DNA of 64,000 nucleotides from Longimicrobiales bacterium (GCA_965226375.1 CBDDCX010000008.1:640001-704000); one strand, 5' to 3'; shown: positions 30,256-40,609, counted from the stretch's first letter. The notes: generated by a model from the sequence alone, not told the origin. Made by a program: numbers and translations.

Positions 30256-31701
30256 CTACACCTCGGCGTCGGGTGCGAACGAGCCGGCCAGCAGATGCGG
30301 GGGCACTCGGAAACGGCCAGCCGCGTCGCGGAACTCTTCGCGGTCGGTGATCACTTCGGCGGTGTCGCGGGTCACGAGCACCGTCGCCGGCAGTCGCTGC
30401 GCGTTGTAGCGTGCCGCGCTCGACTCGACGTAGCCCCCGGTGTCGAGGAACGCCACGTAATCGCCCCGCTCGAGCGGCGGCATCTTGCGGTGGCGCCCGA
30501 GCTCATCGGAGTTGCACAGCGGACCGACCAAGTCGACCGTTTCGGTCCCCTCAGCGGCGGCGTCCCTGACCGGAACAGCGTGATAGTACCAGTCGAGGAT
30601 GGCCGCCCACGACAGGTGATTGGTCGAGAGATCGAGATTGACCCACTTCTTGTGGTCGCCGGTCTTCACGGCGCCCACGGTCCCGACCGCGACACCGGCG
30701 GGCCCCGACAGCGCTCGCCCGGGTTCGAGACGGAGTTTGGGCAATGGGAAGTCCAGACGTTCGGCCTCGTCCTTGATCGCTTGGGCGCACTCCCGGGCGA
30801 AGTCTTCCGCATCAGGGGCGCTTTCGTCGTCGAGCTGTGTGTTGGGGCCCGTCCCGTACCACTTGCCGAACGTCCAGCCGCCGCCGATGTCGATGGTCGG
30901 TACCGTCCAGCCCGTGTTTTCACGAATATACGCGGCCCACGTGATCATTTCGCCCGCCATCACGGCGAAATCGGCCGCGACATTCGACATGCGGCTCAGG
31001 TGGAAGTGGATCTCCATCAGATGCAGGTGCGGAATGCCCTGGGCGCGCTTGACGATCTCGACCGTTTGCTCGCGTGTCATGCCCCACTTGGTGGAATCGC
31101 TCTGCTCCTTGAGCGTTCCCGGTCCATGCATGGCGACACCCTCGCGCTGGGCCAGAGGGTCTAGATCGAGTGCGAGGCGGATCCCGATATCCACCTCCTT
31201 GCCGAGGCGCGTAGCGACCGCGTCGATGCGGTCGAGCTCGTCCATGGCGTCGATGTTGATGCACAGCCTGTTGGCAACAGCCATCTCCAGCTCCTCTTCC
31301 TCTTTGTTCGAGCCGTTCAAGACGAGCGTCGTCGGGTCCGTTCCGGCCAGGAGGGCCAGGTACATCTCAGTGTTCCCGAAGCAGTCACCCCCCGCCCCTT
31401 CCTGATTCATGATGTGTCGGATCGCCAACCCGTTGTTGGACTTGTTGGCGAACAAGATCTCGCTCTCGGGATAATGCTCGCGAAACGCGTCACGGAACGC
31501 TCGGTAGGTGTACCGGAGCTGATTCTCGGACATGATGAGAAGGGGGCTGCCGAAGCGGTCCACGAGCTCCGCGACGTCGCACCCGTCGACCCATAGGTTG
31601 CCGTTGGGGCCGATGCCGATGAATTCGCCGAAACTGGTTTCATATTCGCGCGGCTCGAGCTGCGGTGCGCGCCCTGACTTGGGAAGAGTGGGTGCACTCA
31701 T
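30256..31701 (-). CDS. Fold-type III PLP decarboxylase (LysA-like, divergent)
   Basis: FGSPL, FANKSN PLP lysine, DIGGGW, LEPGRAL, VGPLCNSD; ATG after AGGAG. Confidence 0.85.
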   Translation of the reverse strand: MSAPTLPKSGRAPQLEPREYETSFGEFIGIGPNGNLWVDGCDVAELVDRFGSPLLIMSENQLRYTYRAFRDAFREHYPESEILFANKSNNGLAIRHIMNQEGAGGDCFGNTEMYLALLAGTDPTTLVLNGSNKEEEELEMAVANRLCINIDAMDELDRIDAVATRLGKEVDIGIRLALDLDPLAQREGVAMHGPGTLKEQSDSTKWGMTREQTVEIVKRAQGIPHLHLMEIHFHLSRMSNVAADFAVMAGEMITWAAYIRENTGWTVPTIDIGGGWTFGKWYGTGPNTQLDDESAPDAEDFARECAQAIKDEAERLDFPLPKLRLEPGRALSGPAGVAVGTVGAVKTGDHKKWVNLDLSTNHLSWAAILDWYYHAVPVRDAAAEGTETVDLVGPLCNSDELGRHRKMPPLERGDYVAFLDTGGYVESSAARYNAQRLPATVLVTRDTAEVITDREEFRDAAGRFRVPPHLLAGSFAPDAEV

Positions 31702-31750
31702 CGTTGAGCTCCTACTAGGGTTGGTCGAAACGACTTCAGTCGAAATGGCT

Positions 31751-32653
31751 TCATAGGACGCCGAGGGCGGCCAAGCCGCTCTCCAGGCCTTTGAGCGGTT
31801 CGTCGGCCAGCGGCTGCAAGGGCAGACGGGGGTTCCCACCTCCGGGTAGTCCCTGCATGTCCATAGCAGCTTTCGTAGAGGGGTAGAGCGTCCGTCCACC
31901 GGTCGTGCAGAGGTCGGTGAGCTTGCGGCCGAGCGCCTGCAGCTGACCGGCGCTCTCCAGATCGCCCCGGTGTGGGGCATGATAGAGATCGAGAGCGCCC
32001 GCCCACATGTTCGGGAAACAATCGATGACGCCGTCGGCACCGAGCTCTACGGCGGGGACCCCGTAGATCGAGGACGGCCCGCAAAAGACCCGGAGCCGTT
32101 CGTGGACTTCCAAGAAGGTGGCGTAGTAATTGTTCCAGTCACCCGAGCTTTCCTTGATGGCCACCACGCGTTCCAGGTCTGCCAGCCTCCCCACCAAGGC
32201 CGGACTCAGCTCGTTGACCGCGTTTCCCGGAATGTTGTACAGAAGGATTGGGATCCCTGCTGCGTCCGAGACGGCCGAATAGTGCGCGAAGATCTCGTCG
32301 TCGGTCAGTTTGACGAAGTAAGGCGGCAGGATAAGGGCACCGTCGCAGCCCGTTTCCTCCGCTTCCCGGGTGAGAGCCACGGTCTCGTCTACGGTGACGG
32401 CCCCCGTGCCAACGATGAGGGTCCCCCGGTCGCCGACCGCCTCCTTCGCCAGGCGGAACAGACGCTTGCGCTCCTCGTGGGTCAGCGCCCAGAACTCACC
32501 GGTGCAGCCACCGGCGAGCACCCCGGTCGCTCCGCTCGCCAGCAGTCTCTCCGCGTTCAGCTGAAACGCCTTCTCATCGATGCCGCCGTCCGCATGAAAC
32601 GGGGTCGTGAGAGCCGCCATCGGACCGGTCCAATCGACGCTCGTTCGATCCAT
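31751..32653 (-). CDS. DapA/NAL-family lyase (copy 2)
   Basis: ALTTPF, GCTGEF, ILPPYF, LLYNIP, AIKESSGD. Confidence 0.9.
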   Translation of the reverse strand: MDRTSVDWTGPMAALTTPFHADGGIDEKAFQLNAERLLASGATGVLAGGCTGEFWALTHEERKRLFRLAKEAVGDRGTLIVGTGAVTVDETVALTREAEETGCDGALILPPYFVKLTDDEIFAHYSAVSDAAGIPILLYNIPGNAVNELSPALVGRLADLERVVAIKESSGDWNNYYATFLEVHERLRVFCGPSSIYGVPAVELGADGVIDCFPNMWAGALDLYHAPHRGDLESAGQLQALGRKLTDLCTTGGRTLYPSTKAAMDMQGLPGGGNPRLPLQPLADEPLKGLESGLAALGVL

Positions 32654-32694
32654 GATGCGATACTCCGCTGGGTTCGTAGGAAGTGTCCCGATAC

Positions 32695-32752
32695 CGTCCT
32701 CGCGATCTGCGTTGAGCCGCCGGCCCGTCGCAGAATCGAAAAAGTGGAGTCG
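32695..32752. repeat. 58-bp imperfect direct repeat, copy A (duplicate of the ABC ATPase 3' end)
   Basis: 54/58 identical to 36337-36394 by manual alignment. Confidence 0.92.
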
Positions 32753-32877
32753 GAGTCGGACTTTGGCTAGGCCGGGCAAGGGTGTGCCCATCTCGGCACT
32801 GGCATTCCGTCCCACGGTACCGCAACTTCGCACCGCTTCCGAATCGCCCTACCTACGTCACCCGCCTGGGAGGACAC

Positions 32878-34083
32878 ATGAAGTTGAAGCGTATCGGCCT
32901 AGGTCTCACCCTAGTCACCGTCGTGGCGGCGTCCGCCTGCGTGGGCGAGAGCGAGGCACCTGTTGGCAGGTTCGGGACCGCCAAGGGCGGCGACGACCGG
33001 AGCGGCCCGTATGACGTGATACCCGGATGGTGGAAGCCTGCACCGGACCATGACTCGATCTGGACTTGGGGGTCCGCGGCAGGCGTTTGGCCTGACACCC
33101 CGGACCGGATTCTGGTCGTGATGTGGGGGGATCAACGCAGGCAGCGTCAACAGGGGGAGGAGAACGAGCTCAGCCGAAACTTCCTCGTGGCCGTGGATCG
33201 CAACGGGAACATCACCGAGAACTGGGCGCAGTGGGACTCGCTCTTCAACCGTCCCCACCAGATCTACATCAACCCTTATGATCCCGAGCGTGCCGTCTGG
33301 GTGGACGAGAGAGGCGGGAACGGCGTGCATGAGGCCATCCTCAAGTTCAGCAACGACGGGAGTGAGTTGCTGCTGCGGATGGAAGACCCGAATCCGGTTT
33401 GGGGCGAGGGTGGACCGAACCCACGCGAGAACCCGGATCCCGGCCCGCTCGACTTCGGTCAGAACGCCGTGCTCACCTTCCTTCCCAACGGCGACTTTCT
33501 GTTGGGTGACGGCTATCAGAACGGTCGCATCGTTCGCTACAACGCGCAGGGGGAGTTGCTGTCGGAGTTCGGTTCGGTTGGAAGTGGCCCCGGACAGTTC
33601 GATCTGATCCACGGCGTCGCGGTCGATCGAGACCATCGTATCTACGTATCGGATCGGAGGAACCACCGGATCCAGATTTTCACTGAGGATGGTACGCTCC
33701 TGGACGAGTGGCCGGACGTTTGGGATCCGGTCGCGATCATGATCGACGTGAACGACTTCGTCTGGATCCTCGATGCCACGCTGAACCGGATCCTCAAGTA
33801 CAACATGGACGGTCAGTTGTTGGATTACTTCGGCACGTACGGCGAGGCGTCGTCACTCGGTCGACCCGGATGGACCTGCTCGGACGATGCGGCGGTCGCT
33901 GACGCAGGGCTCGATCCCGATCACACGGGAGCCTGCGGCGGATTCTCGCTTCCGCACCAGATGAGCGTGGACTCCGAGGGAAACCTCTACGTTGCTCAAT
34001 TCGGCGGTCCCTGGATCGACAAGTACGTACCGAAGCCGGGTGCAGATCCCTCTAGACTGATCGGGCAGCCGATAGGGCCCTGA
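32878..34083 (+). CDS. NHL-repeat beta-propeller lipoprotein (PAL/peptidylglycine-lyase-like)
   Basis: Lipobox ASAC; GDGYQNGRIVRY, GSGPGQFDLIHGVAVD, SDRRNHRIQIF, PHQMSVDSEGNLYVA. Confidence 0.85.
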   Translation: MKLKRIGLGLTLVTVVAASACVGESEAPVGRFGTAKGGDDRSGPYDVIPGWWKPAPDHDSIWTWGSAAGVWPDTPDRILVVMWGDQRRQRQQGEENELSRNFLVAVDRNGNITENWAQWDSLFNRPHQIYINPYDPERAVWVDERGGNGVHEAILKFSNDGSELLLRMEDPNPVWGEGGPNPRENPDPGPLDFGQNAVLTFLPNGDFLLGDGYQNGRIVRYNAQGELLSEFGSVGSGPGQFDLIHGVAVDRDHRIYVSDRRNHRIQIFTEDGTLLDEWPDVWDPVAIMIDVNDFVWILDATLNRILKYNMDGQLLDYFGTYGEASSLGRPGWTCSDDAAVADAGLDPDHTGACGGFSLPHQMSVDSEGNLYVAQFGGPWIDKYVPKPGADPSRLIGQPIGP

Positions 34084-34627
34084 TCAAGGGCGACGGGGCG
34101 TGCAGAGCTCGTGAGTCTCAGTGTCTTGAAAGACCGTGCCTTTCACGTGTGTCTTGCTCAACCAACCCTCGCGCTCGTCGATCGGACTCCGAACTCGATA
34201 CCCCCGTTCGATCTCAGAGAGGATGAGCGGGCGTGAACCTGCCTTCATCTGGGTGACCACGCTGACTCCCTGGTCTTGTGCACTCGGTACCGAGACCCAG
34301 CTGATCAAGGGCTCGGGGGTAGATCCTGTCAAGCACCCTTTGATACTCTGGCCGCGACCCACGTCTCGGGCTCCTGCTGCCCGCCTTCGACCCACAGACG
34401 CGGGTTCCCGCGATCTCGGGGAGTGAGAGTAGCTCTACGTGTCTCACGCACCCTTTGAGGGGCTTACTGAACAGTGAGCCGATAACCAACAAGAGTCCGA
34501 TGAGCGTAAGGAAGGGGTGACGTCGTATCCAATTGCCCCCTGGCCTCCGCTCCCCGCAGCCAGGACAACGCGTCGAGCGAACGCTCGTCGCCTCGCCACA
34601 GACGCGGCAGTTCCACGACTTCGCCAT
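34084..34627 (-). pseudogene. Zinc-ribbon + TM + small beta-domain protein, split across two frames
   Basis: CRVC...CPGC and a TM in the frame of 34627; the C-terminal part (...EREGWLSKTHVKG) lies in the frame of ORF 34084..34395. Confidence 0.55.
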
Positions 34628-34784
34628 CTAGCCGCCGGAGAGTCGAGTCATCGGCCACCTCCGCTGCGAGCGAGTTCGCTCCCGACGCCCTCGCCGGGGA
34701 TCGTACTCAACATCCCATCGGCACGTCAGAAAGCGCAAGGACAGATACATTGACCAAAGCGTAGATCCATGGCATCGATGCAGG

Positions 34785-36265
34785 ATGGCAAGACTCGTCC
34801 CTTTCCTTAGCGTCCTCGGATTCTTTTCTGTCCTCGGAGCCGTCCTCCGTGGGATGCACCTTGCCATCCCCATGCGCTACGACGAATCGGCCACCTATCT
34901 GACATACGCATCGCAGGGTTGGGTACAGGCCCTCACCGGATACGCGACGCCCAACAATCATGTCTTCCACACTTTACTCGTGACTTGGGTGACCGCTTGG
35001 TGGGGGGACGCCCCCTACATCATCCGGCTTCCGGCCTTTCTGGCGGGGTGCGCGCTGATTCCCGCCTCAGCGTGGGTCGCCACCAAGCTGTTCGACCGAA
35101 ATGTCGCCGTCGTCACGGCCGCCCTCGTGGCCACATCGCCGATACTGATCGAGTACTCGACAAACGCTCGTGGCCACGCGCTGGTCGTCCTCTTCGCTGT
35201 AACCGCCGTGGGCGTTGCCCGCTCGCTTCTCGACCACGCTACCCTTGCCGACTGGCTCTTGTTGGCAATGCTGGGTATGGCCGGCATGTTCACGGTACCC
35301 ACCATGCTTCTGCCTTGGCTCGGCGTATCGCTCTGGCTGGCGACGACCCGGTTCCGCTCCGCGACTGGCCTGCGTGAACGGGCTGGTTCATTGGTGCCCC
35401 TGGTTCGAGTAAACGTGCTGGTGGTCGCGTACTTGGCGGTGCTCTACGGCGCAGTGGTTCGGGACAACGGTTGGGAGGCGCTCTTCAACAACCGCTTCGT
35501 TCAAGCGCTGGACTGGCCGGTGTTTGTGGCCTCCTTACCATCCGCGCTAGCAGACGTCGGCGAGCATTGGACCCGAGGGATCCCCCTGCCTCTGATCCTC
35601 GTGGCAGTGGCGGGGCTCGTGGCCGTCACACTGCGACCGCCTCCCGGCGACCGCGCTCCCCTGATCTATTCGTTGGTCATCGCCTCGGTCCTCGTGATGC
35701 TCCTGCGGAGAAACCTGGGCGAGGCCCGAGTGTGGCTCTGGGCGCTTCCCCTGGTGCTGATGTATGCTAGCGCAGGGCTCATCGGGCTGATGTGGGGAGT
35801 ACGCTCATACGCGGGTAAGGCCAACTCTTCCCGGTGGAACGAGGACTCTCTGGCTGCACCGTTCCTCGCCGTGTCCTGGGGCCTGATCATGAGTGCTGTT
35901 CTTCTACTGGCCAAGCCGGTCTGGAAGTCGGTGGAGACCGGCACTTTCCCCCAAGGTCCGGAGGTCGCTACGTATTTGGTCGAGAGAGCGCAAGCGGGGG
36001 ACAAAGTGTTGACCGACTTCATCACCGAACAACCCCTCCGATACTACCTGGACCGTCTCGGCTATATGACGCGATGACGGACACCCTCCAACCCCAGTCA
36101 GAACGGGTTTGGGTCGTCTTACATCGGGACGGTGGCCCGCGCGAAGAGCAGGTAACGGGCAAAGTGAGGAGGTTGGGCGCCCCACCGCTGAGCGGCAGCC
36201 CGGCCTTCGAGTCGGGGAGTACGGCAGTTTATCTGCTCGAGCGTGCCGAAGGGGAGGCAAATTAG
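34785..36265 (+). CDS. GT-C (PMT/ArnT, GT39-like) membrane glycosyltransferase; C-terminal tail shifted near 36065-36077
   Basis: MRYDESAT, PNNHVFHTL, IRLPAFLAG, YSTNARGH, multi-TM; main ORF stops at 36077 and the tail continues in another frame to 36265. Confidence 0.7.
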
Positions 36266-36325
36266 GGGGGCGGGGGTTCCTCGCCCAAGCTCCGTTCCCG
36301 AACCCCGAAAGGGCGTTTGTCTCGC

Positions 36326-37471
36326 CTATCCTTGATCGTCCTCGCGATCCGCGTTGAGCCGCCGGCCTGTGGCAGAATCGAAAAGGTGGAGTCGTTCGCC
36401 CCTGAGAGCAAAGTGGACCGTCTCACCCGCGTTGATGGGCGTGTCTCCGGGCGCTCGCGCGATCAGCGGAGTACCATCGGCGTCCAACTTGACGATGCTC
36501 TCATGGCCCGTCCGCTCGACGACCCTCACGGTCGCCGAATGCTCACCACTCCCCAGGAGGATATCCTCCGGTCGGATGCCGAGCGAGACCGGTCCCGGGG
36601 CGACCGAATCCCCGAGCAGCCCGGGCGAGAGAGGGACGTCGAGGGCCCCGCAGTGAACCCGGAACGGCGCGGCACCCGCGCGGTCGGCACCGCCGTGGTT
36701 CGCGGCACCGCCGCGGTCCCCGTCCGGGCCCGTCAGCTCACCAGAAACCAGTGACATGGCGGGGGAGCCGATGAATCCGGCGACGAACACGTTGGCCGGA
36801 CGGTGGAAGATATCCGCGGGAGTGGCGAATTGCTGGAGCACTCCAGCGTCCATGACGGCGATCCGAGTGGACATGGTCATCGCTTCGAGCTGGTCGTGGG
36901 TGACATAGATCATCGTGCGTCCGATGCGTCGATGCAGCTCGATGAGCTCGGTGCGCATGTGGGCTCGCAGCCGCGCATCGAGGTTGGACAGGGGTTCGTC
37001 CAGCAAAAACACCTGTGGCTCCCGCACCAGCGCGCGGCCGAGTGCTACACGTTGCTGCTGTCCACCCGACAGCTGCCGCGGTTTACGATCCAGCAGTGAC
37101 TCCAACTCCAAGAGACGCGCGGCCGCCCGGACTCGCTCGGAGCGCTCAGGGTCACGAACACCGCGTTTCTTCAATGGATAGGCGATGTTCTTCCCGACCG
37201 TCATGTGCGGATACAGCGCATAGGACTGGAAGACCATTGCGATATCGCGCTTGGAGGGCGGAACACCGTTCACCACGCGCTCGCCGATGCGGATGGTCCC
37301 CGCGGTGGGCTCTTCCAGACCCGCCAGCATCCGGAGCGTCGTGGTCTTGCCGCAGCCCGAGGGCCCGAGCACGCTGACGAACTCGCCCTCACCGATGGTG
37401 AGATCGAGACCGTCGACCGCGATCATGGAACCGAACGCCTTGCTGACCTTCTCGAAGACGACCTCAGCCAC
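36326..37471 (-). CDS. ABC transporter ATPase (MalK/UgpC-type)
   Basis: GPSGCGKTT, MVFQSYALYPHMTV, LSGGQQQRVA, LDEPLSNLDA. Confidence 0.95.
   Translation of the reverse strand: MAEVVFEKVSKAFGSMIAVDGLDLTIGEGEFVSVLGPSGCGKTTTLRMLAGLEEPTAGTIRIGERVVNGVPPSKRDIAMVFQSYALYPHMTVGKNIAYPLKKRGVRDPERSERVRAAARLLELESLLDRKPRQLSGGQQQRVALGRALVREPQVFLLDEPLSNLDARLRAHMRTELIELHRRIGRTMIYVTHDQLEAMTMSTRIAVMDAGVLQQFATPADIFHRPANVFVAGFIGSPAMSLVSGELTGPDGDRGGAANHGGADRAGAAPFRVHCGALDVPLSPGLLGDSVAPGPVSLGIRPEDILLGSGEHSATVRVVERTGHESIVKLDADGTPLIARAPGDTPINAGETVHFALRGERLHLFDSATGRRLNADREDDQG
36337..36394. repeat. 58-bp imperfect direct repeat, copy B
   Basis: Matches 32695-32752. Confidence 0.92.
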
Positions 37472-37474
37472 GCG

Positions 37475-38308
37475 TCAGCCCTTCACCGCGCCGGCGCCGA
37501 ACCCCTTGGTGAGCGTGCCCTGGAGGAACGTGAAAATGATGATGAGCGGCAGGCTCATCATGACGGAGGCGGCCATCAGCAAGGACCAATCGATGTTGAA
37601 CGCCGTGATCAACATGTTCATGGTCCCTGCGGTCAACGGACGAACACGGTCGGAGTTCACGAGCACGAGCGCGAACAGGTACTCGTTCCAACAGAGAATG
37701 AACGTAAACAACGCCGTCGAGACGATGCCCGGCAGGGCCTGCGGGAGAATCACGTCGACGAAGGCTCCCATGCGGCTTGCGCCGTCCACCAGCGCCGCGG
37801 ATTCGAGATCCTCCGGGATGCCCGCCATGAACGAGCGCAACAACCACAGTGCATAGGGGAGCGCGAAGGTGGTGTAGGCGATCACGAGGCTCGCGAGGGT
37901 GTTAGCCAGTCCCAGCTCGACCATCATCAAATACAGCGGGATGATCAACACCACGGAGGGCATCAGGTAGGTGAACAGGACTAGCGTCGCGAGGGCCTCG
38001 CGGCCGCGGTAGCGGAAGTGCACCAGGCTGTAGGCCCCCAACGTTCCGAGCACGATGACCACGACGGTCGTCGTCACGGCCAGAACCATCGAATTGCGGA
38101 AGTACAGGAGGAACGGAGTCTCGGTCAACAGCCGCCAGTAGTGCTCGAACGTGATGGTCTCCGGCCCCAGAGTGGGTGGAATGCGGAAGAGCTCGGCCTG
38201 AGGCTTGACCGAGGTGAGGATCATCCAGATCAACGGAAAGACGACCACGAGCACAACCGTCCAGGTGACGACGCTCATCCAGATCGTTCTAGTCCGCGTG
38301 GCGCGCAT
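37475..38308 (-). CDS. CUT1 ABC permease (MalG-type)
   Basis: IPEDLESAALVDGAS EAA loop, GFGAGAVKG end. Confidence 0.93.
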   Translation of the reverse strand: MRATRTRTIWMSVVTWTVVLVVVFPLIWMILTSVKPQAELFRIPPTLGPETITFEHYWRLLTETPFLLYFRNSMVLAVTTTVVVIVLGTLGAYSLVHFRYRGREALATLVLFTYLMPSVVLIIPLYLMMVELGLANTLASLVIAYTTFALPYALWLLRSFMAGIPEDLESAALVDGASRMGAFVDVILPQALPGIVSTALFTFILCWNEYLFALVLVNSDRVRPLTAGTMNMLITAFNIDWSLLMAASVMMSLPLIIIFTFLQGTLTKGFGAGAVKG

Positions 38309-39225
38309 TACCGCTCCTCAGCCGGCTTGTTGGTTTGGCGGAGGTAGAGCAGCGTGAACGCGAGCAGTACCAGCATCATGGCTACGGCGTAGCTGGACGC
38401 CATCCCCATGCGGTTCAGCCTGAACGCTTCCTGATATACGAGGAGCGACAGCGTCTGGGTCGCGTTGACGGGCCCGCCCCCGGTCATCAGGTAGATCAAG
38501 TCGAACTCCTTGAAATCCCAGATCGCGCGCAGGAGGATGATCACCACGAGTACGTCGCGCAGCTGCGGGAGCGTGATGTCGATAAACCGCTGAACAGGGC
38601 CGGCGCCATCGATAGTGGCGGCTTCGTACAGGTGCTCTGGAATCGACTGGAGGCGCGCTAAGACGGCAATAACGACGAACGGGAAATACTTCCAGGCTCC
38701 GACGAGAATGATCGAGATCATGGCGTTGGGCATCTCACCCAGCCAGTTGATCGGCGCATCGATCATTCCGGCGATCAGCAGCACGTGGTTCAGGATCCCG
38801 TAGAGGTCGTTGAAGAGCCAACGCCAGACGAGCACCGCCACGACCGTGGACAGAAAGTAAGGGAAGAGGATCAGACTGCGAGCCAGCGAGCGGAAGACGA
38901 TGGATTGGTTGAGCAAGAGCGCCACCGCCACCCCGAAGACGATCTGCAGCGTCAGGGTGCCGACCGTCCAGATCAGGGTGTTGAGGACAGCGTTCCAGAA
39001 CCGTCCGCCGGCGAGGAGCTCAGTGTAGTTGTCCACTCCCACCCACTCACCGGCCAGCGTGGGGGTGTAGATCGAGAAGAGGGAGAGGTAGATCGCCGAG
39101 ACGAGCGGATAGAGAATGACGGCGCAAAACACCAGCACCGTAGGCGCGATGAGCACAGCGCCGAGCATCGCATAGCGTTTTTCTAGCGAGGGCGGCGCGG
39201 TCACGGCGGTGGTCGCGGGCCTCAT
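38308..39225 (-). CDS. CUT1 ABC permease (MalF/UgpA-type)
   Basis: WVGVDNY, IPEHLYEAATIDGAG, MTGGGP. Confidence 0.93.
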   Translation of the reverse strand: MRPATTAVTAPPSLEKRYAMLGAVLIAPTVLVFCAVILYPLVSAIYLSLFSIYTPTLAGEWVGVDNYTELLAGGRFWNAVLNTLIWTVGTLTLQIVFGVAVALLLNQSIVFRSLARSLILFPYFLSTVVAVLVWRWLFNDLYGILNHVLLIAGMIDAPINWLGEMPNAMISIILVGAWKYFPFVVIAVLARLQSIPEHLYEAATIDGAGPVQRFIDITLPQLRDVLVVIILLRAIWDFKEFDLIYLMTGGGPVNATQTLSLLVYQEAFRLNRMGMASSYAVAMMLVLLAFTLLYLRQTNKPAEER

Positions 39226-39256
39226 CCGCTGCTCTTCCGATCGGGGTTCATCGAGA

Positions 39257-40609
39257 TCAGGTGCGCATGATTTCTTCGAGTCGCCTCGCGGTGTTGCCGA
39301 CGGCGACTTTGACATTCTCATCGTTCAAGACCACTCGCTGCACCATCTCGGCTATGGCGTTCGAGGCGATGATTTCGCCCGCCTTGGGGTTCGCCCGGTG
39401 GGCCGTCGTCTCGAATCCGAGGTTGTGCCCCTGAGCAGCCGCGGTGGCCATGAGGTCGATTTCTCGCGGATACTTCTGAATGATCGGGTTGTCTCGGTAC
39501 GCCGGGTCCTCCGCGACGGTCTCGAGTACGGGAAGCACGTGTCCCGGAGCGGCATGCAGTTGGGCGATGTATCCCGGAGGATCGAAGAGCGACGCCGCTA
39601 GCAGCTTGGCCTCCGCCTTGTTCGGAGCCGCGGAGGGCATGCACACAGCAGGGAAGTCGTTGTAGGTCCAGGCCGGTACGTCCAGCGAGATCCGCGGATA
39701 CAGCGTGCACGTGATCGAATCAGCGATCTGGGGGTTTTGCGCCGCGACGTTGGCCAGCACACGGCCGGCATAGATTCCCGTAGCCGTGGCACCGCTCACG
39801 AAAGCCGTGAGCATCTCGCCCCAAGAATACCCGGTGGCGCCCGGGGGGCAGAGCTCCCTCATCGATCGGTAGAACTCGAGAGCGTCGTAGGTCGCCTGCT
39901 GGTCCAGGGAGACCTGGAGATCGGGAGTGAACACCGCGCCGCCGGCGCGATGGATGAAGCCGATGAACGTCAGCGAGTTGGCCGAGTCCAAGCCATAGGG
40001 TAGAGGGGCACCGTAGATCCCTCCGCCCTGCATCGCTCGACACGCCGCGCGCAATTCGTCCCACGTTTCGGGGATCTTGTCGATCTGCGCTCTTTCCATC
40101 AGGTCGAGTCGAACCCACAACATGTCGGCTGCGGTGTTACCGATGCCGGTGCCGACGTACCTGCCGTCGGCGGCGCGGTAGACCTCGTTCGCTCCCGGGT
40201 AGTACTTTGCCGGTCCAATCGACTCGATGACGTCGTCGAACGGCTCGATCAGCCCGTGAGCGTAGTAGCCCTGGATGGCGAATGACGGCAGGTGCGTGAT
40301 GAGGTGCGGCACCTGGCCGGACGCAAAGGCCGCGGCGAGCTGGGTGGCGTAGCCCTCGTCCGACATGGCCTCGAAGAAAACTTCCACACCCGGGTGGGCC
40401 GCCTCGAACGTGGCGATCTGCGCTCGATATGCCGCCCGCTGAGCGGGGGCTGCCTGCGTCGACCACCACCGGAGTCTGACACTCGAAGCCCCCCTCGTGT
40501 CCGTCCCGCGGCAGGCCCCCGCCACGGCGGCGAGCCCGGCCACTCCGAGACGCTGCAGCGCGGCCCGCCGCGTCAGTGTCCGAACCTCGATGATCGGCTC
40601 CTCAGTCAT
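39257..40609 (-). CDS. CUT1 ABC substrate-binding protein, Tat/lipoprotein signal
   Basis: LTRRAAL...VAGAC, FEAAHPGV, PETWDEL. Confidence 0.88.
   Translation of the reverse strand: MTEEPIIEVRTLTRRAALQRLGVAGLAAVAGACRGTDTRGASSVRLRWWSTQAAPAQRAAYRAQIATFEAAHPGVEVFFEAMSDEGYATQLAAAFASGQVPHLITHLPSFAIQGYYAHGLIEPFDDVIESIGPAKYYPGANEVYRAADGRYVGTGIGNTAADMLWVRLDLMERAQIDKIPETWDELRAACRAMQGGGIYGAPLPYGLDSANSLTFIGFIHRAGGAVFTPDLQVSLDQQATYDALEFYRSMRELCPPGATGYSWGEMLTAFVSGATATGIYAGRVLANVAAQNPQIADSITCTLYPRISLDVPAWTYNDFPAVCMPSAAPNKAEAKLLAASLFDPPGYIAQLHAAPGHVLPVLETVAEDPAYRDNPIIQKYPREIDLMATAAAQGHNLGFETTAHRANPKAGEIIASNAIAEMVQRVVLNDENVKVAVGNTARRLEEIMRT

Noticed and set aside
30256..32653. dapA-lysA lysine biosynthesis
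   Set aside because: Specificity motifs diverge, no dapB/dapF/asd nearby, embedded in an uptake operon
32654..32833. N-terminal extension of the dapA-like ORF in the ORF track
   Set aside because: Read-through of the duplicated ATPase tail; family similarity starts at MDRTSVDW
34438..34448. CGTGTCTCACG also occurs at the IS end (60745-60755)
   Set aside because: An isolated 11-mer match is expected by chance in 64 kb
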